A stretch of 64,000 nt of DNA, taken from positions 20,460,001 to 20,524,000 of the forward strand of contig CM120640.1 in NCBI GenBank assembly GCA_051362555.1, given 5' to 3'. The stretch's first letter is position 1, and every line of letters starts with the position of its first letter. The position numbers and the translations under genes are program-made. Origin of the DNA: Lingula anatina (lineage: Eukaryota > Animalia > Brachiopoda). The notes beneath the pieces are model-generated. The model was not told the DNA's origin. It made no database searches and saw only the letters and a list, made by a program, of their open reading frames with translations. Below, in pieces: positions 45,240 to 52,600 of this stretch.

Positions 45240-47479
45240 CTTACAGATGAACAGATGACTGGAGAGAAACAGAAAAACATCAAACCTCACATGGATTGAA
45301 GGAATTATGACAATTACACCCATCCTTTTCTCACAAACGGCAGATTGGCAAAAACAGGTGATAATGTAGTGTTTTGGGGAGATGAATATACTTTTAATAG
45401 CTACTAGTATTATAACAGTGGAACTGACAACTGACATACTTGAATAAAGCCTCCACTAATTATATAATCCTGCATGACAAAAATCACTCAAGAGAGAAAT
45501 GAAGTTTTCCTGTTATGGCAATGACGTGGGTGTCAGCAGGAGAACTGTGCACACGATAGCAGGCATAAACACAAGGAGCATCATTCAAGACCTTTCAGGT
45601 TGACGCAGAAGACACCAGTGGTAGAAAGGGTGCCTAAGCTTGCCTTACCATGGGTGAAAAGCACAATCTGCAAGAGACAGAAGGCTTTCCATTCCTGCCT
45701 TTAATACCTACGATAATATTCATGGTAGCTCTGATCATCATAGGTACTTGTGGAAATATGATTGTTGTCTTTGTTTTTAGTTTAAAAAGAAAAAAGAGTA
45801 CTGCAAACTACTACCAGTTCATTCTGGCCATTCTGGATCTTTTTGCCTGTGTTTTTCTTCACCCATATATAATTTCCAAACTCTTCAATATGGACAACCA
45901 GACCAATGTGGTGCCATGTAAAATATTTGAATTCCTGATACACGCCAGTTTGTTATCAGAAGGACTGGTGTTAGTGGCAGTTGCAGTGGACAGATATTAT
46001 GCCGTTTGCCAGCCAATGAAGTTTGTCAATGCTTTTAACAGAACCAGGGGGATGCTCATAGCCGCTGTCACAGTGGGGGTACTGTTAAGCATCCCCCTAC
46101 TGCAATTTTATGGTGTTCATACAGTGCAACAGAAGCCAGCATACAGCAAGTATAACCATACAGTGACAAGATATTTGTGTGATTACAGTGACATTTACCA
46201 AGGTTCTCTCAGTCAGGGTGTGTTTGGTGCTGTTGTTCTTCTCATGTTTTGTGTTTCCTTGATAACAGTCACAGTGCTTTACTTGGTGATTGCCAAAGCC
46301 ATCCATGACCGTCGAAGAAGAGTTGAACCTATCAGAAGTATAAGTGCATTTATGACGAAGCCTGGCCCAGACGCTAAAAGATTACAGAAAACGAAAGTTG
46401 ATTCTCAAAAACAAAGTGTTAGTGAAAACATCCCTTCAAAATATTCCACTGAAGCTTCAACCTCTGACTCAAAATCAACCAGATTTACAGCAAGATCAGA
46501 AGAGGTTGCCACGGAAGAAACCCAAGCCAAAAAAGTAACTAATACAGTTTGTGAACATGAAGAGGACACAAACAAACTGAAAAAACTAAACAAGAACACT
46601 CCTTTAATGACTAAAGTCTATTTTGAATGCCACCTTGCAAATTCATCTAAAATAGAGTATATCAAAGATAAGAGTGAAGAAAACTGCGAAATCATTGATG
46701 ATGCAAAAGTAATTAACCTTGAGCAAGAAAGTGGTACCTCAACAGAGCAGAAAAATTATAACATGAAAGAAAGCACCATTCAGCAGGATAGCAGCAGGAT
46801 TAAAAATGGCAGTCATCTTCACTGCCATAGCCCAGTCAGTATTAAAACTAATGCCAGTTTAGATGATAAGGTTGGCAAAGGATATTTAGCTAAAGAACAT
46901 GAAAAAACAAGTGCCTGGAACTGGCCAGATAAGCCAAAGCAGCTAGCCTCCAAGGGCGCAAAAGTCTTGTTCTTAGTAACACTAGTGTTTGCATTATCAT
47001 GGGCACCATTTTGGGTAATAAAATTTGCATCTATGATAAACCCAAATTTTTGGCCAGAGAAAACATTTCTTGACATCGCTTTTAAAGTTCTGTTGATGCA
47101 TGCTTTCTACCTGAATAATGCTATTAATCCTATTCTTTATACCTTAATGAACAAGGCTTTTGCTACAGATGTCAAAGATGTTGTAAGGAAACTTAGGCAA
47201 AGACTACAACCAGAACTTTGAACATAAAAGTTGGTTATTTAAAAACAAAAATCCAGCAACTGAAGGGGCATGACTGGGAAAAACATGAACAAGGTGGTGA
47301 TATCAGAAAGGTACCCTTTGACTAAAAGGAACTAACATTTAGTAAGAATCATTTTTAGATGAATGTTATATGCTCTTCACATTAAGGTGAATAATGAGTG
47401 TTGCATCCTAAAAAAAAGGCAGTAGTGGATGGAACTGATAATGAATTATAGGGCAAAACAATTGGGATGGTGTGTGTTT

Positions 47480-47530
<51 letters not shown>

Positions 47531-49633
47531 TATGTGTGTGTGTCTATGTGTGCGTGCATGTATTTGTGCATGTCTGCATATATATATGCAGACATGGGGA
47601 AACTATCAGTCTGACAGGTCATGACTGCTTGAAATGCCAAAGGTCCTGCAAGATCTTTGATAATAGGTTCTCTGGACTGGCAAGGTTTATGTGCAAAAAC
47701 GATTCTTCAATAATAAATCACATATCAACATAGACCTAAAGATAAAATACTTAGACCCCATTCCCATAGATTTTAGATCGATCTATCCCTATGGGGAATC
47801 TCACTAGATTACTGTCAGCTTAGCCGACTTAAGCGTCTGTCCCGCCTACTAAAAGCTGTAAGGGGGTAATTAACTATGGTGTGCACTCGGCTGACTGCAA
47901 TTTAGTGTGAACCCCCAGGGAGTTAGGTCGATCTAAATCTTAAATCTCTGGATCGATCTAAATCTCTGGGAATGCACCCTTAGTTTGGACCAGGACTGAA
48001 ATGGGAGGACCTGCAGAATTCTTGCAGTGCAGCCCCCCCCCCTTCCCGACCTTCAGTATTTCCAAAATTTTCTCCATGTCTGCATATGGGCCTTAACATA
48101 TACTAAATGCACAAAGGAGTAAGATCAATTGTAATTTCATTTATTAACAAAATGTTTTTTCACAAAAATATGAAGCAAGGGTCTTTGGATACATCCCTTT
48201 TTGTCCTGGCATTGTTTTTAAAGTCTATTTTGTGATCAGAATGACATTATATATGTTTAGCCTGGAACTGAATTATACTATTGTGATTGAAAGCAGTGCA
48301 TATATATAAACATTTATATTGTCCCCTTATTTTCTAAAATAATAATATTATTGCACAATTATATATAAATGGACTTGTTGCATCTACCTCGCCTGAGAGT
48401 GCTCCATATACTGTAGTATGTAGAAGGTGTATTAGGAATTAATTGTCAGCACATTTGCAATTATTCCATTACTCAAAATATCAAGCTGTGCATGTTACAG
48501 TCATTGTTACCATTATTGAAAATGACACCTGACAATCATTGTTAAACATCATGTGAAAATATAAGGAAAAATGTCCACCTTTTTTTTAATGCACATTTTA
48601 ATGGTCGTGTCATTACGAATATTTTCTTTTGTGTATGAAAACTTTCTATATGTTCCTGTTGTTCACTACAACTGACATGCTGTCATATATGAATGCCTCA
48701 TTTCTGACAAATAAAAATTTTAAAATGTAATAAATAACAGTGTTAAATGTTGAGTATTACTAACAAAAATAACTGACTCCTATTTCCATGTCTTTTTTTC
48801 CCATCCTATCAATAATACCAGGCCTCTGCCATCGTTGCTAATGCTAATTATTCTTCAATATCACGAGAAAGAGACCTTAATTTGATTGCTTCCCATTACA
48901 GTAATTTCAAATCATAGCTTAAAACTGATGGAAATCAAAGAGCATTAATCTCACACGTTGTCAGCCAATGATAATATTATTAGTGCACTGATGTGCTTGT
49001 ATCTCATCACGCACTTCCTGTGCACATGATATTCGATTCTTTTTTACAACACAGACTATTCATGTCACAGCTTTAAAACTTTATCTCAATCCATGATGGA
49101 TGCTTGGCACCCAGTGAGAATATTATTCCGGTACAGATTAGTGCACTTTTAATTGCTCATTGATTTAAATGCATGAAATCTCTGTGGGTATAGGTAAATA
49201 TGAAAATAAAACAGTTGGTGGCTATGTTTTCATTTTTTTATCCTAAGTATATGACTATAAAATGATATCTGGTCAGTATTTTTTTAAAAGATTTTTTTTG
49301 TCTTGGACACCTGGGAAGACCTCTTTCATTGCCTATTTGTATTTTGTTTTCATAAAGTCATGATAGTAAAATGAAGATTGCCAAGACATAGAAACACAAG
49401 GCAAATATTGTGGTAGATATGCATTCCATGTCAAAGGACACGTCTTCACAGCTTTTGACTAATGGAAACAAGATGTGCAAAGAGGAATTTATTCCCAGGA
49501 ACTTTTCTGTGATATATTGACTGTCAGTCCCTCAGCTTTTGGGTTTCCTCATTTACACACATTTTAACTCTTAATCTTTTAACAAGAACTTCAGCAGTTA
49601 TATCATGCTTCAACATCTAAAACAACAACTGCC

Positions 49634-49672
<39 letters not shown>

Positions 49673-52600
49673 TATATAGTTAAGTTTAGAAATCCACGTC
49701 CTTTAATTTATCTTAATAAATACATACAAATGCTGTAGCACACCTTTGGGATAAACATGAATTTGCCAAGGAAACATTGGTGCAAGTGTAGCAGTTATTA
49801 CTAAAGGGCAGTTCTGAAAGCAATAAAATGGTTAAAAAAGTTAATAATTAAACCACATTCAAATTATATTTTATATGTCTGATTAGTAATGTGTCAAGTT
49901 TCAATACTATTAAATGTGCATTGCAGCAAGTACAGCTAACACATTTTATGTATTTGATTGAAGACATGAATTGCTGACTCATTATTTTATTTATTTATTT
50001 TTTTAACATATATATTTTTATGATGCAGTCAAGAGCAGACAGACCTAGGTTAACATTTAATGCTTCAACAGCCTGCCTTAGACTTCCTCCTTGTGTACAA
50101 TGAATGCTGTCTATAATATGGCTCTGGGAATGTCTCTGTTGAAGGAATGTGTACACAGCAAAGGCTGGAGGTATGCAGTTCATAGTCAGTACCCTATAAT
50201 AAAGTTGAATTATTTCATTTATTCAGTTATTGTCAATCACTACTATCACATGAAATTTGCAGATGTGGTATTTTATTGTTACATGGAGCGAGGCAAAGGG
50301 GTACACAATGTTCCCTTTTTACTCGTTTTTTTTGCATGCAAAAAAGAAAAGTTAGGGATATGGGGGTGGCGAGGGAGGGGGGGGGGGTAAGATTGGGGAG
50401 AGGTATTCCCTGCAGGTTTCTTTAATAATCTGCAAAGGGGATGTTAAAGACAATGCATTACCATCCACATTCATGCACTACTTACAGACTTGACAATCTT
50501 GGTGTGTTGATGAAGGCATCAGGAGCAATATATTGGACAGTACCCAATGTCCTGAAATGAAAATTTCTAAATGTAGAAAAAAAGGAAACCACTAGTTTAA
50601 ACACACTCATTTACATCAGATGCAGGAGTAAATGAGTCTTCAATATGTTCTCTTGCTCATCTCCTTCATTTTGATATTATTATTATTATTATTATCATTA
50701 TTATTATTATTATGATTATTATTATTATTAAATAACTTAACTAAGTTTATGAATGCAAAAGTCATACATGTATTTGAAGGTATACTTTAACAATTCCTTA
50801 TTTTTACTTACAAATTAGTGAGAGACCTCAGACCCACAAATGTGTTACGATAGATATTTTCTACACTGGATTTAATTGACCTAAAATCAAACAAAAAAGA
50901 ATATCAAATTTATTACAAATAATCTTATTGAAAAGTCTTTTTACTGAAACTGTCATCCCATGGGTAAGATCATTTGTGGTATAAGTAATATTATAACAAG
51001 GTCTAGGCAAAATGCCCAACCCCCTATTAACATCCTGCCAGATAACTTATTGTAGATTTATAAAATCTATAGATGGAAACATGTACAAAACATAATCTAA
51101 TGTTAGTACAACCATTAACTTGGACAAAATTTAAGTCAATTTGGCTTACAAAGATATCAATTTGAATAATCCTTCAAAAGCAAACTCTTCGATTCTCTGA
51201 ATGGTAGTGTTGGACTGCATGTACCTAGAACAGCAAAGTTGTTTTAGATAATAAAATGCCTTTTCAGTACAAGTACAGTTGGGACATTTGCTAAAACTTA
51301 ATTATTTTTTCTTTATCAAAATATGGAATTAGTAATGAATGGTATTTACTTTATTATTATTTCTTTTATACTAATTGCGCCCTTTAAACTTATTAGTGCT
51401 TTCTCTCTGATTGTTTTCACATATTGGGTCAAAGGAAACTAATCATGCCCCATTTCTTTTAATTTTTTATTTCACGTGTAGGGTCAAAGGAAACTAATCA
51501 TGCTCCATTTCTTTTTTTTTATTTGCTGCTTATGATCAATGGGGCATCATCCTCATTTTGCCTCAGTTTAAGACTTTACTCTAGGTAATACTGAATGTAA
51601 GTGGCACATTTAAGCTTTTAAACTGAGGCAGTCTCATATCTCACTTCACTGGTATTAAGAGGAAGCCAACTACAAAAAATTGCTCTTATAGTTTTCAGTG
51701 CAAATCTACAGGTGACCTTATGTACAGGAAAGTATGTACATGCAAAGGTGACAAGAACATCTTCAAAATTAAAGTAGTGCTAATAACTTCAGAATGTGTG
51801 TATGAAGGAGTGAAGACAAAGGATTTAAAAAAAAATTTTACAAACACAAGCAGAAACTTGAACCAACATGTACCCATGCACATGAGCAAAAAGGTACAAT
51901 ATGGACGCATTCATAACAGAATTGATCCGCCAACTAACAGATCTGCAGATCAAACATGGCCGACCCACTTAAAAGCTTGCCACATAATCCCCTAAAAGAC
52001 ACTGAATAAATTCCCAGCGGGGATTACGTGGCCAGCTTTCAAGTGGGTCAGCCATATTTGATCCCCTGATCAGTTAGTCCACTTACCAACACTCTTGTGA
52101 ATGCTCTCTTTCAGTTACTTCATGGAGTGAAAAAGAAATAAAGAGCAAAAATTAAAAACAGTGTATTCATACTTACAGCAGGGTCAAGTTCGTGAGGTTT
52201 CGAAATATGAACCCTGGCACATCATTAAATGGATTGTCACCGAGTAACCTGAAGAATGAGAATTATAGCTAACATTAATTCATTTTGTAAAAAACTTAGA
52301 TACACAAATAAAATTGTCATTTCTAGTCATTTTTGGTTATTTTCTGAATATTTTTGTCCCTTCAGGAGTTAACCAAAGGAAGAGGTGGTCATTTTTACAT
52401 ATTTAATTTTTACACATGCCAACATGACCAATCGCAGACATATCAAAGAAACTTAAGAAAAGGTAAATTAACTGAACATTGTAAATTAACACAGAACTTG
52501 GTACATGCTATGCATGAAGGGCTGAAAAGCCAATTAAGGCACTTGGCCATTTCCTCACTGTTTCCTTCGACATCGTTGCCACCTTTCTGACCCAGTGTGT

